From NCBI GenBank assembly GCA_052168235.1, contig JBQLZK010000009.1, forward strand, positions 1 through 64,000: DNA of 64,000 nucleotides. The letters run 5' to 3'. Shown here one piece after another: positions 1 through 10,488 of the stretch (position 1 is the first letter of the stretch; each line of letters starts with the position of its first letter). The notes beneath the pieces are model-generated. The model was not told where the DNA came from. It saw only the letters and a program-made list of their open reading frames with translations, and made no database searches. The position numbers were made by a program, and so were the translations under genes. The DNA is from Thainema sp. (GTDB lineage Bacteria > Cyanobacteriota > Cyanobacteriia > Phormidesmidales > Phormidesmidaceae).

Positions 1-52
1 CTTCACCTTAAGCACTCATCTCCCGAACAACATCGGTTTTCGGATAGGTTCT

Positions 53-624
53 AAGGCCCGCAAATCCTCAAAGAAGGTCTTGCGGGTCGGCAGGTGCGCT
101 CGTAACAGTTGGTATTTCGGGTCGAGCAAGTCCAGCACGGTATGAAAGAGTAAGGACAAGATGTTGAGGGTGGCGAGCAATGAGGCCAGATGCTGCTTGC
201 CATGACCGAAATTGTATTCTAGGTTGTAGCCCTTGGTCTTGAGGGTGTTGTTATTTTCGTTTTCGATCTTCTACCAGGTTCGCCCGGCTTGAACAATCTC
301 AGCCACGGTGTCATCGGTAATGGTGTAGCGGGTGACAAAGGCATTGTGGTACGTCACCTGAGCGTCCGGACGGCTCACGGTGACCTCATACCAGTTCACC
401 AACAGCGCATCATCCCCATCTCTGAGAGGCATGCCGTTGAGATAGCGGTAAGTCCAGGTTTCTTCGACCTTGCCCGTCCACCGTTTAACGATGAGCATCG
501 GCAGGTCAATCCCCTGCAAGTGGTCATAGAAAGTGGGGTGCGAGTCCGGGCGACAGACCAAGATAAAGTCCAAGTGATGGTCTAAAAACTGCTGGCACAG
601 GGGTTGGTGGCAATAGAGGTCATC
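53..624 (-). pseudogene. ISNCY/ISAs1-like DDE transposase remnant (3' half, nonsense mutation)
   Basis: Reads DDLYCHQP...DFILVCRPDSH...QAGRTW*KIENENNNTLKTKGYNLEYNFGHGKQHL. TAG at 271-273 replaces the W of the usual RWKIENE motif. The 5' part is cut off at the Tn3-like end at 625. Confidence 0.8.
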
Positions 625-1318
625 GGCCTATGTATAGAAAGCGAACCAAAACGGACGCTAAGCTGTCCAGTTTTGTGGACAAAATCGGTAGAGCCCAGAT
701 ATAGTCTGGACTATGAAATCTAGAGAGCAGCTCAAAGCAGAAGTAGCAAAGGAAAAACGGATACAGTCCCGTTTATCGTTGGCACGCACTCGTCTAGAAG
801 ATGCTCAACGAGAGCAAATCTAGGCGATCGTAGTCGCCCATTCTGATGGCTTGTCGATTCGCAAAATTGCCGCTGTCATGGGATTGAGTTCGAGTCGAGT
901 TCACCAGCTGCTGCAGTCGGATGAAGCTCATCACATTCCGGCATGGCTCAACTCACCTGACCCATTAGATGATATCAATGCTGACGATCAGTTAGACGAG
1001 CATCCCCCAGCAGAAACAGTGCTGCGGCAACAGTTGGCGGGTGAAGTGGGACTGTTGCGTCAGTGTATTGAGTGGCTAGAGCAATTTGCTCGGGGCGAAC
1101 GGGTAGTTAGCAATCTGCGGGCCGACTGTGACTCCCAAACAGCCTATATCAGAAGGACTTTTAGAAGCTGTAATCCCTGTCGTTTCGTTGATTAATTGCT
1201 GACGCGGGCAGCTAGTCACCTGTTTCAAAAACCTTTATTACACGAGGCGTTACGCTGCCTCTGTCTATAAAACTGGACAGCTTAGCGTCCGTTTTGGTTC
1301 GCTTTCTATACAAAGGCC
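625..1318. mobile_element. Non-autonomous mini-Tn3-family element (694 bp)
   Basis: 38-bp terminal inverted repeats GGCCT(A/T)TGTATAGAAAGCGAACCAAAACGGACGCTAAG at 625-662 and 1281-1318 (1 mismatch, similarity extends to ~55 bp). A 38-bp IR ending in ACGCTAAG is typical of Tn3-family ends. No tnpA inside. Confidence 0.8.
713..1195 (+). pseudogene. HTH-containing passenger gene of the mini-Tn3, interrupted by a stop
   Basis: ATG at 713 gives MKSREQLKAE...EQI*AIVVAHSDGLSIRKIAAVMGLSSSRVHQLL. In-frame TAG at 821-823 precedes an HTH-like motif. Confidence 0.6.
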
Positions 1319-1476
1319 TAATAGCGGTTTAGCACAAAACAGTTGTGTAGGGCGCTGCGTGAGCCACACAACTGTACTTAACCATATTGCTGGCCAGGAA
1401 TCTAGAAAAGTTGCTTGTTGAGTTATACTTCGCTCAGTCGGTTGGGTGAGCGACCATTCAGATGTCGATGTCACCA

Positions 1477-3270
1477 TTACATTTGAGATCGCAGGGTGGC
1501 TGTTGCCGACTCATCCAGAGTCATGGTCGCTGGATCAATCACCACTCCATAGTCCCGCTTTGCCGATGCCACACTGACAAACCCATCCAGCACATCCTCC
1601 AGCACCAGAACCGGATCACGCTCTAGAGGATTGCCATAGCCACCGCCGCAGGGACTAACGGTTCGCAGGGTATCGCCAACCTTCGTCTTGCGGCAGGGAA
1701 ATTTTGATGGTAAATCCTCCGCCCTATTTTCGTAGGGATTGAGCACCTGCACTGCACCAGGAGTGCCATCTTTGCCGCCAAAGATACCCCAGGGAGCATA
1801 CTTGTTACCCTCCCCTTCCAGGGACATCTGCCCCGACGAGAGAAACTGAATGTCACGAATCGATCCCAGACCGCCCCGATACTTACCAGCACCACTCGCA
1901 TCCTCAATCAGTTCGTATCGAGTGACGCGCAGCGGTAGGTGAGCCTCAATGTCTTCGATGGGGTTGTTGCGGGTATTGGCATAGAGAGTATCAACCCCGT
2001 CCATGCCATCTTTGCCGTAGCGTCCGCCATAGCTGCCCTCAGTAATATCCATATAGACCCAGTAGTCTTCGTCTAGGGCACCGCTATAGGAAGTAACTTT
2101 GATATTGCCAATGCCACCGCTGACGTTGTGGGGAGCGACCTGGGCTAGAGCCTTCATCAGGGTGTCGGCGACGATGTTGCCAGGACAACAGCGGGCAATC
2201 ACCGGAGCGGGATAAATGGGATTAGCCAGACAGCCCTTGGGCGCAACAATCTGAACCGGGCGGGTCAGACCAGAATTCTGTGGTACATATTCCATCAGGG
2301 AGGTATCCAACAGCACCGATCGCAGCGTGACGAAAATGGCGATGTCTACCGTACCGATAAAGGGCATGTTGATGGGGCGATCATCCACCTGGGGCGCGGT
2401 GCCCGTCAGATCAATGACCATGTTGCTGCCGTTGATCGTGACAGTGACGGCAATTTTCAGGTCTTTTTTGCTGGGGTCAGGGTCATCCAGAAAACCGTCA
2501 ATAAAGCCTTCAGCGTAATACTGACCGTCGGGTAGGCGCTCAATGGCTTGGCGCATCATCCGCTCAGAGTAGTGCATCAGTTCCTCACTAGCAGCCAATA
2601 CAGTATCGAGTCCGTACTGCTCCACTAACTCTAGGAAGCGTTGTTCGCCGACCCGACAGGCAGCCACTTGGGCTTCGATATCCCCCACAACCACTGTGGC
2701 ACTGCGAATGTTTTGTCGCAGCATGCGCCAGACCTGACGGTTTTTAACGCCCTTTTCGTAGAGCTTCACCGCCTTGAACTGTAGTCCTTCGGCAAAGGCA
2801 TCAACCGCATCGACGATACCGCAGCTTCCCGGAGAGGAAGAGCCAATATCCAAATGGTGCGCAGTTGTGAAAGAATAACCGATCAGCTCTTCACCCTTGA
2901 AAATCGGAATGCCGATGCCAATATCAGGGCCGTGGGAGGCACCGTAATAGGGATGATTGTGAAGAATCACATCGCCAGGGTAGAACTCTTCGCCATCCTC
3001 TGCCATCGCTTTGAGGACACCACGCATATAGCCAGGAATCGGGCCAAGCTGCAGCGGCGTACTGTAGGCACATTCGGCCAACTGCTGACAGTCGGCATCC
3101 AAAATTGCTGCCCCAAAGTCTTCCGACTCACGAATGATACTGGAGTAGGACATGCGAGCCAGCTTGTGACCCATTTCCAGGGCAATCCCGTTCAGGGCAC
3201 CCGCTACGACCTGAGCAGTCACAGGGTCGATTTTGGGCAGTTGGTGAGGCTTAGGCAGAGAAACCGTCAT
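1477..3270 (-). CDS. Hydantoinase B/oxoprolinase family protein (HyuB-like)
   Basis: 597 aa with motifs YSSIIRESEDF, NHPYYGASHGPD, HHLDIG, AEGL and GAGKYRGGLG. Confidence 0.92.
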   Translation of the reverse strand: MTVSLPKPHQLPKIDPVTAQVVAGALNGIALEMGHKLARMSYSSIIRESEDFGAAILDADCQQLAECAYSTPLQLGPIPGYMRGVLKAMAEDGEEFYPGDVILHNHPYYGASHGPDIGIGIPIFKGEELIGYSFTTAHHLDIGSSSPGSCGIVDAVDAFAEGLQFKAVKLYEKGVKNRQVWRMLRQNIRSATVVVGDIEAQVAACRVGEQRFLELVEQYGLDTVLAASEELMHYSERMMRQAIERLPDGQYYAEGFIDGFLDDPDPSKKDLKIAVTVTINGSNMVIDLTGTAPQVDDRPINMPFIGTVDIAIFVTLRSVLLDTSLMEYVPQNSGLTRPVQIVAPKGCLANPIYPAPVIARCCPGNIVADTLMKALAQVAPHNVSGGIGNIKVTSYSGALDEDYWVYMDITEGSYGGRYGKDGMDGVDTLYANTRNNPIEDIEAHLPLRVTRYELIEDASGAGKYRGGLGSIRDIQFLSSGQMSLEGEGNKYAPWGIFGGKDGTPGAVQVLNPYENRAEDLPSKFPCRKTKVGDTLRTVSPCGGGYGNPLERDPVLVLEDVLDGFVSVASAKRDYGVVIDPATMTLDESATATLRSQM

Positions 3271-3439
3271 GACAATTCTGGTTTAAGGCACATTCTCTCT
3301 TTATAAAAGGATGCGGTCTCTGAAGTCGTAACCTGCACTACGAGAACGGGGAAGTTTTAGAGATCGTGGAAAGTCATCTGGCTCTATTGTAGAAAGGACC
3401 TACCGATCGCCCTCCTGACTTCAACGAGTGTTTCCTATT

Positions 3440-4066
3440 ATGAATGATTACTCAAAATTTGTGGCCATTTCCCCCACGAGCTATGCCGATGCAGGCTTAG
3501 GGCGTGAGCAATTTATGGATATGGGCATTCGGGAAATGTGGCCGCGCATTCCGCGTATTGCGGGGCCAGCTTACACGGTGAGTTGTCCGCCGGGGGATAA
3601 CCTGATGCTGCACGCAGCAATTTATCGGGCTGAGCCGGGGTCGGTCATTGTCATACAAGCGGGTGATGTAGACTATGCCATGTCGGGTGGCAACGTGTGT
3701 GCAACAGCTCAGCAGCGAGGCATTGCCGGATTCGTGATTGATGGCGTCATTCGTGATGTAGCGGAAGTGCGGGAGGCCGGATTTGCCGTGTTTGCACGGG
3801 GATTATCCCCGGTTCCCGGCAAAAAGAAAGCATTGGGCACAATGAACCAATCGATTGTTTGCGGTGGTGTGCAGGTTAGCCCCGGCGATATGGTTGTAGC
3901 AGATGAAGAAGGTATTGTGGTTATTCCGGCTGAGCAGCAGGATACCGTCTGGGAACTTGCTAAGCAACACACTGACAAGGATGAAGCCCAATCGTTAGCG
4001 GAATGGCAGGCGAATCATCATGCCAAGATCGAGGGAATACTAAAAAGTTTGGGCTTTGAAGCGTAG
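3440..4066 (+). CDS. RraA family / HMG-CHA aldolase-like protein
   Basis: Motifs GPAYTV..PGDNL, G.VIDG.IRD and V.PGDMVVADEEGIVVIP. ATG at 3440 preferred over GTG at 3428. Confidence 0.88.
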   Translation: MNDYSKFVAISPTSYADAGLGREQFMDMGIREMWPRIPRIAGPAYTVSCPPGDNLMLHAAIYRAEPGSVIVIQAGDVDYAMSGGNVCATAQQRGIAGFVIDGVIRDVAEVREAGFAVFARGLSPVPGKKKALGTMNQSIVCGGVQVSPGDMVVADEEGIVVIPAEQQDTVWELAKQHTDKDEAQSLAEWQANHHAKIEGILKSLGFEA

Positions 4067-4176
4067 GCAAGTAGCGTTTCAAAGTGGGGAGAATCCTATG
4101 ATTTACGCCTCCGGCGGTAGTGATCATCGGAAACCGCCGGAGAGTAAACCAGTTGCAATTATCAGCCAGAGGCTGG

Positions 4177-6288
4177 CTAAACCGCTGCTTCCATCTCCAC
4201 CCGCGGATCGGTCGAGGACTCTGCCACCAGGCGAATCAACAGATTGCCGTTGGCTTCGACGGTGCTGTGGCTGTAGGGCGGCAGCAGAATGGTGGAGTCT
4301 TTTTGGAAAATCACCGCTGGTCCTTCAATTTCGCCACCGCTGGGCAGGCGATCGCGCTCAAAGAAGTTCGTCGAATACTTCTCCAACCGACCGTTGACGC
4401 GGAAGTAGGTAACAGCGGTTTTCAGCCAGGCATCCTGCACATCTCCCTCCGCTGGCACAGACAGACCCGAGAGCTTCGGCATCGGCCCCGTCCCGGTGAC
4501 TCGCAGCGTCACTAGCTCCACCGGATTTTCGGGGAAGGCATGGCCGTATTCAGCCGTGTGCAAATCGTGGAACTGCTGCCACACGCTCTGCAATGCTGCT
4601 TCGTCGAGTTCTCCATTGGGCACGATCGCCCGTAACTCGTAGCCCTGCCCCACATAGCGACAGTCGGCGAACCGTTGCAAGGTCATCTGGTCTTCGCTGA
4701 AACCGTCTGCCCGAAGCTGTTCGATAACTTGATCTTCGAGGGCTTTGAGATCCGCATTGAGCTTGTCCAGATCCGGGTCGGTGCTGAGGGCGAATTCGTT
4801 TTGAATCAGGTCGTGCTTCAGATCGGTGGTGAGTAAGCCCATCGCTGAGGTGATGCCGGGATAGCGCGGCACAATCACTTCGGGAATGCCCAGCGATCGC
4901 GCCACTTCTGCCGCGTGCAATGGCCCCGCCCCGCCTTGTGCCACCAAGGCAAACTGACGCGGATCCTGCCCTTTTTGAATGGTGCGGGAGCGGATGGCAT
5001 TAGCCATGTTGTTGTTGACGATGGTGAGAATGCCTGCCGCCGTTTCGTAAAGGTCGAGGCCAACGCGATCGGCCAGAGCTTGGACGGCGGCAAAGGCTTT
5101 GTCGGGATAGATGACCATTTCACCTCCGAGGAAATGCTCTGGATCGAGGCGATTGAGTACCACGTTGGCATCGGTAACGGTCACTTCAATGCCGCCTTTG
5201 TCGTAGCAAACAGGGCCGGGTTCTGCCCCAGCACTGCGCGGCCCGACACGAAACGCACCGCCCTTATCCACATAGGCGATACTGCCACCGCCTGCACCGA
5301 TGGTGTGCACGTCAATCATCGGTACCATGACGGGGTAGCCCGCAATCCAGGTGTCGCGGGCGGTGGCTTCGGCAAAGCCCCGTTCGGTAACGATGCCGAT
5401 GTCGGTGCTGGTGCCACCCATATCAAAGGTAATCAGGCGATCGCGTTCCGATCTTTCTCCCGCTGCTGCACCTCCCAGTACGCCCGCCGCCAGTCCCGAC
5501 AGTAGTAAGGTTACGGGTTGTTCGCCAGCGACTTCTGCCGTAGCAACGCCTCCGTTAGAACGCATAATGTGTAACTCACCCCGCACGGACTGTTCTTTCA
5601 AACTGCGGCTGAGGTTTTGGATGTAACGTCTGACCTTGGGGCCAACGAAAGCATTGATGCAGGTAGTGGTGAATCGCTCAAACTCGCGGAACTGGGGAAA
5701 GATGCTGGCACTGGTGGTGATGAAAGCTGTCGGGAAAAGCTCCTGGACGAGTTCTGCGACGCGATCTTCGTGGCGCGAGTCGAAGTATGAATTAAGAAAG
5801 CAAATAGCAACAGATTCCACTCCAGCTTCCTTCAGTTCCAGAATTGCAGAGCGGGCGGTATCTTCGTCCAGTGGGGTCAGTACTTCGCCGCGCGGGTCGA
5901 GTCGTTCGGGAACGACTTTGCGATCGCGCCGCTTTACCAGAGGGCGTGCCTGCCAAGGAATATCCTGCATGATCGAGTAGTGCTGGGGACGCTGGTGCCG
6001 TCCGATGTGGACAATATCGCGATAGCCCTCGGTAGTAATCATACCCGTGTGGGCACCATCGTGAGTGAGCAGGGTATTGGTGGCAATCGTCGTGCCGTGG
6101 AGGACATGCTCAATGTCGCTGTAATCAGCCTGGGCCATGTCGCAGAGAGTCTGGATGCCCTGAATCATGCCAATGGAGGGATCTTCAACTGTAGTTGGGA
6201 CTTTGTGAATCCAGGTTTGCTGCCGGGTCACGTCTGCCAGAATCAGGTCGGTGAAGGTACCACCAATATCCACGCCAATCAGTTTCAT
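4177..6288 (-). CDS. Hydantoinase A/oxoprolinase family ATP-binding subunit (HyuA-like)
   Basis: Motifs GVDIGGTFTD, HGTTIATN, DMGGTSTD, IGAGGGSIA and GPRSAGAEPGP. ATG at 6288 follows the RBS-like GGGGAG. Confidence 0.93.
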   Translation of the reverse strand: MKLIGVDIGGTFTDLILADVTRQQTWIHKVPTTVEDPSIGMIQGIQTLCDMAQADYSDIEHVLHGTTIATNTLLTHDGAHTGMITTEGYRDIVHIGRHQRPQHYSIMQDIPWQARPLVKRRDRKVVPERLDPRGEVLTPLDEDTARSAILELKEAGVESVAICFLNSYFDSRHEDRVAELVQELFPTAFITTSASIFPQFREFERFTTTCINAFVGPKVRRYIQNLSRSLKEQSVRGELHIMRSNGGVATAEVAGEQPVTLLLSGLAAGVLGGAAAGERSERDRLITFDMGGTSTDIGIVTERGFAEATARDTWIAGYPVMVPMIDVHTIGAGGGSIAYVDKGGAFRVGPRSAGAEPGPVCYDKGGIEVTVTDANVVLNRLDPEHFLGGEMVIYPDKAFAAVQALADRVGLDLYETAAGILTIVNNNMANAIRSRTIQKGQDPRQFALVAQGGAGPLHAAEVARSLGIPEVIVPRYPGITSAMGLLTTDLKHDLIQNEFALSTDPDLDKLNADLKALEDQVIEQLRADGFSEDQMTLQRFADCRYVGQGYELRAIVPNGELDEAALQSVWQQFHDLHTAEYGHAFPENPVELVTLRVTGTGPMPKLSGLSVPAEGDVQDAWLKTAVTYFRVNGRLEKYSTNFFERDRLPSGGEIEGPAVIFQKDSTILLPPYSHSTVEANGNLLIRLVAESSTDPRVEMEAAV

Positions 6289-6310
6289 TGATTCTCCCCT
6301 GCGTTTTCCG

Positions 6311-6373
6311 ACATCTTGCACTTTGCATATCGAGAACCCGAAGAGATAATGTTGGGTTTTGGTGCAAGCTGTG
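6311..6373. repeat. Degenerate copy of a ~65-bp ATCTTGCAC...GTGCAAG miniature inverted-repeat element
   Basis: ACATCTTGCACTTTGCATATCGAGAACCC...GGTGCAAGCTGT aligns by eye with the reverse complement of 30819-30880. Confidence 0.55.
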
Positions 6374-6519
6374 GTTTTTTATACTGGGTAAAATCTTAGG
6401 CAGACAGGTTCTCACGAAATGTTCAATACGCACTGTTTCGTAGGTGTTCCTCCACACCATACGAGTAACGTATTAAGACATCTTAGTGGCTGCCATTGCT
6501 TTTCTCATACCTGCATCCA

Positions 6520-7728
6520 ATGCCTGATCTCTTTGCAAACTTTAATATCGGCTGCCTTGCTAATCCCCAAGCCCAGCAAGAGTTGGCTTATGGAAGTGAA
6601 CAACGGCAATGGCTTTGCCTACAGGGAACTCAAGCTGCTTGGGCAGAATTGCAAAACTGGCCCTCTTATAACCCTACGCCCCTGCGATCTTTAAGTGCGA
6701 TCGCATCTAATCTTTACCTACAACAGCTCTACTACAAAGATGAAGCCACTCGTTTTGAGTTGGGCAGCTTCAAAGCCCTAGGTGGTGCCTATGCAGTGTT
6801 TCGTCAACTGGTGCAGTACCTTAAAACCACCACCGGAACTCCGCAGATTAGTGCCGCTGATGTGCTGGCGGGACAGTACCGTTCTCTAACCCAAGCCGTG
6901 ACTGTGACCGCCGCCACTGACGGCAATCATGGCCGATCAGTCGCTTGGGGTACTCAGCAGTTTGGTTGTCGCTGTGTCATCTACCTCCATGCTGGGGTGA
7001 GTGCCGGACGAGAGGCCGCCATTGCTGCCTACGGTGCAGACATTATTCGAGTCGCCGGAAACTATGACGATTCGGTTGAACAAGCCGCCCATGATGCAGC
7101 GACCAACGGTTGGATTTTGGTGTCCGACACCTCCCATCCCGGCTACACTCAGATTCCTAGCGATGTGATGCAGGGATACACCGTCATGGTGGCAGAAGTG
7201 CTCGATCAACTGCAGCCAGATCAGTACCCGACCCATGTGTTTGTGCAGGCCGGAGTGGGAGGTTTGGCCGCCGCCGTGTTTGCCTATCTGTGGGAACGGT
7301 TTGGGTCAGACCGCCCGACCTGCATCGTGGTGGAACCCGAACGCGCCGCCTGCGTTTATGCCACGGCTCAACAGAGGAAACTCGTTACTCTGGATGGTGA
7401 TTTGGATACGGTAATGGCCTGTTTATCGTCGGGACACACCTCCCTAGTAGCCTGGGAAATTCTGCGTCACAGTGCCGACTTCTTTATCACGATCCCGGAC
7501 ACGGCAGCCGTTTTGACCATGCAACAGTTGGCAAACTACGACCCGCCTATTGTCGCGGGAGAATCTGGCGCTGCCGGACTAGCTGGGTTACTGGCTGTTT
7601 GTCAGCAGCCCCCACTGCGCCAGCAGCTCGGGCTCAACGAAACATCGCGAGTTTTGACCTTTGGCACCGAAGGAGCAACCGATCCTGAAATTTATCAGCG
7701 GCTAATCAATAGACTTTATTGGAAATAA
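6520..7728 (+). CDS. dpaL: Diaminopropionate ammonia-lyase (PLP, fold type II)
   Basis: Motifs YKDEATRFELGSFKALGG (PLP Lys), ATDGNHGRSVAW, VSDTS, VMQGY, QAGVGG and GESGAAG. Start uncertain (6496 or 6520). Confidence 0.92.
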   Translation: MPDLFANFNIGCLANPQAQQELAYGSEQRQWLCLQGTQAAWAELQNWPSYNPTPLRSLSAIASNLYLQQLYYKDEATRFELGSFKALGGAYAVFRQLVQYLKTTTGTPQISAADVLAGQYRSLTQAVTVTAATDGNHGRSVAWGTQQFGCRCVIYLHAGVSAGREAAIAAYGADIIRVAGNYDDSVEQAAHDAATNGWILVSDTSHPGYTQIPSDVMQGYTVMVAEVLDQLQPDQYPTHVFVQAGVGGLAAAVFAYLWERFGSDRPTCIVVEPERAACVYATAQQRKLVTLDGDLDTVMACLSSGHTSLVAWEILRHSADFFITIPDTAAVLTMQQLANYDPPIVAGESGAAGLAGLLAVCQQPPLRQQLGLNETSRVLTFGTEGATDPEIYQRLINRLYWK

Positions 7729-7741
7729 AGTTTTTGGGGTT

Positions 7742-7868
7742 GGAAATTGTTTTGTAGCGCGGCGGAGCCGCGCTACAAAACAATTTCCGATAAAGTCTAA
7801 TGGCTAGGTAGTGTTCTAGACATGTTTTTTTGAGCAGCAGGCTGCGCCTGCTGTTCTCAAAAAAACAT
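7742..7868. repeat. Two tandem long palindromic hairpins
   Basis: 22-bp perfect stem with a GGA loop at 7742-7788; ~21-bp stem with a TGC loop at 7822-7868. Confidence 0.85.
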
Positions 7869-7973
7869 TTGAAACATCATCAATAATTAGGGGCGGCAAT
7901 TCGTATCAACGGCTAATGTCCTGTGCCGAAATCAGTCCTAATATTGAACCTGTTGTTCTACCTCTCCTCATCG

Positions 7974-9251
7974 ATGCCCTCGTCTTTAAGCTCTACCCCC
8001 GATCTGCAAACACTCTCAAAACTGCGCATTAACTGGGATCGCATGTTGCAGCGACTGGATCAACTGGCCCAAATCGGAGCCATTGACGGGGGCGGTGTGT
8101 GTCGTCTCGCCCTGTCCGATGAAGACAGAGCTGGACGGGATTTGGTGGTGAGCTGGATGAAAGAGCTGGGCCTCACCATTACCGTTGACCAAATTGGTAA
8201 CGTGGTCGGTATCCGTCCTGGCCTAGAGTCTGGCCCTCCAGTGATGACGGGATCTCACATTGATACCGTTGCCACTGGGGGACGCTACGACGGCAATCTA
8301 GGTGTGCTGGCGGGGTTAGAAGTCATCGAAACGCTGAATGAGCAGAATATCCAGACCCGCCATCCTGTGGCAGTCGCCTTTTTTACCAATGAGGAGGGAG
8401 CACGGTTCCATCCCGATATGATGGGCAGTTGGGTGTTCAGCGGTGGTTTGCCTGTGGATGATGCCCTGGCCGAAGTTGGCATCGACGGCACCACGGTCGC
8501 CGAAAACCTGGAGCGGATTGGCTACGCGGGAATGGTGCTCTGCGGCAGCCAGCCAGTCAAGGCGTTTGTAGAACTGCATGTCGAGCAGGGGCCATTGCTA
8601 GAGCAGGAAGGGATTCAGATCGGTGCTGTCACTGGTGTCCAGGGTATGTCCTGGCAGGAATTCACGGTGAAAGGCGTCTCTAACCACGCAGGCACCACTC
8701 CAATGGCCCTGCGCCACGATGCTGGATATGGTGCCAGTGCGATCGCAGTTGCAGCCCGCCAGCTAGCTCTCACGATGGGCGGCCATCAGGTGGCAACGGT
8801 CGGTTCCATCCAGCTTGAGCCTGGACTGGTCAACGTAATTGCTAAAGAAGCCCGGCTGACGGTAGACCTACGCAATACGGATTCTGCTTTGCTCAGACAG
8901 GCCGAAGCGCAGTTGAACGAAAAGATTCAAGCCATCGCTACAGCAGAAGGATTGGAAATCACCAGTCGTTCCTTGGCTCGGTTTGAGCCCGTCACCTTCG
9001 ATAACGTCATGGTGGATTTGGTAGCGCAAACGGCTGAGACGTTGGGCTGCACCGTCAAACGGATGCCCAGTGGAGCCGGTCATGATGCCGGAATGATTGC
9101 TGAGATCGCACCCACCGCAATGATTTTTGTTCCCAGTGTCAACGGCATCAGTCACAACGTTAAGGAATACACCGCTCCTCACGACCTGGAAAATGGAGCC
9201 AACGTCCTTTTACAGGTACTCCTGAACCTAGCTCAATCGTCAGCAAACTAG
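7974..9251 (+). CDS. Zn-dependent M20 amidohydrolase (N-carbamoyl-L-amino-acid/allantoate amidohydrolase family)
   Basis: Motifs GSHIDTV..GGRYDGNLGV, NEEGARF, ELHVEQGP, NHAGTTPM, SGAGHDA and GISHN. Confidence 0.92.
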   Translation: MPSSLSSTPDLQTLSKLRINWDRMLQRLDQLAQIGAIDGGGVCRLALSDEDRAGRDLVVSWMKELGLTITVDQIGNVVGIRPGLESGPPVMTGSHIDTVATGGRYDGNLGVLAGLEVIETLNEQNIQTRHPVAVAFFTNEEGARFHPDMMGSWVFSGGLPVDDALAEVGIDGTTVAENLERIGYAGMVLCGSQPVKAFVELHVEQGPLLEQEGIQIGAVTGVQGMSWQEFTVKGVSNHAGTTPMALRHDAGYGASAIAVAARQLALTMGGHQVATVGSIQLEPGLVNVIAKEARLTVDLRNTDSALLRQAEAQLNEKIQAIATAEGLEITSRSLARFEPVTFDNVMVDLVAQTAETLGCTVKRMPSGAGHDAGMIAEIAPTAMIFVPSVNGISHNVKEYTAPHDLENGANVLLQVLLNLAQSSAN

Positions 9252-9292
9252 TTGGCCCAAAAACTTGCAACCTCCAACTCCTTGCTTATGAC

Positions 9293-10067
9293 AGCGTTGC
9301 TGAATGGACAGATGATTTTCTAAGGTGACTATAGAAGACGCTTTGAAGACTCCCCCATACCGTGTCCCCAATGTCACTCCTCTAATCTCCGTAAAAATGG
9401 TCATCAGTCCGGTAAACAACGCGACCAATGAAAAGACTGTCGTCGCCAGTTTGTCGACTGTTATTCGCCCCAAGGATATAGCGATGAGGTTAAGCGTCAG
9501 TGCCTTGATGCCTACGTCAACAAGATGGGATTTCGAGCCATTGAACGGCATCATGGGGTGAATCACACCACAGTGATTCGCTGGGTGAAGCAAGTCGGTC
9601 AATAACTCCCCCAAGCCCCCCCTATAGAGACTCCACCAGACGTGGCTCAACTCGATGAGTTGCAAACCTTCGTGGGGTCAAAAAAACAGAATTTGGCTGT
9701 GGACGGTAACGGACAAAGCCAGAGCGGGCATTTGGGCTTGGACATTAGGCGATCGCTCGGCCCAACCCTTTCGGGTACTGTGGGCACAGGTCAAGTTTTG
9801 GCAGTGCTTCTGGTCTATCACTGACGGTTGGTCTGTCTATACTAAGTTCATTGAGGCCGCCGACCACGTGATCAGTAAGCCGCATATGACCAGAGTCGAA
9901 GGCGAAAACAGTCGCTTGCGGCATTATCTGGCCCGACTGAATCGGCGTACGTTTTGTTACTCCAAGTCGATTAAGATGCTGGGCTATTCAATCTGGTTAT
10001 TGCTCCATTACCTGCATTATCGAACGGTTCCTGTGCCCACCTGATCATTCTTCGATTCAGCAACGCC
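9293..10067 (+). mobile_element. Decayed IS1-family insertion sequence
   Basis: Inverted ends (A/G)GCGTTGCTGAAT. The InsA-like frame CPQCHSSNLRKNGH...GFRAIER..GVNHTTVIRWV has internal stops; an A7 frameshift run lies at ~9680; the InsB-like frame reads TDGWSVY...TRVEGENSRLRHYLARL. Confidence 0.88.
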
Positions 10068-10488
10068 AGCATTTTCAAAACAGTCGGCATAAATTGCATT
10101 ATGCCGACTGTTCTGCGTGTATGCCTTTGTATAGCGCTGAGTTAAACTCAGCGGCTATACAAAGGCGGTGGTGGCGATGTGCAATGGAAATTGAATTGCG
10201 ATCGCAAATCTATCCCTCTTTTGTCACTTCCGTAATAAAAAATATGAGATGTCCAAATTCCGTCGCTGACATAATGGATTCATCAGCCATACAGGACGAG
10301 CAAATGCAGGGTTCGCCTTTTCTTCAGGCAAAGTGATAAAAGAGGGATAGAAACCACATGAATTTGATGATGCTCTGGGTTAGATGCTGGGCTTTTTTAT
10401 TATTCGTGTCGTTTCTGGCATGGTGATGTCTAGGTGACGAAAATACCCTTTCATCAGGTACAACTGGGACTGATTTTCGCTGATAAAG

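Noticed and set aside
1..52. Possible end of another IS (TTTTCGGATAGGTTCT) where the transposase similarity stops
   Set aside because: The partner end would lie outside the window, so it cannot be supported.
9240..9665. 141-aa minus-strand ORF
   Set aside because: Antisense shadow of the decayed IS1.
10094..10336. 80-aa ORF after IS1
   Set aside because: No motif, RBS or context support.
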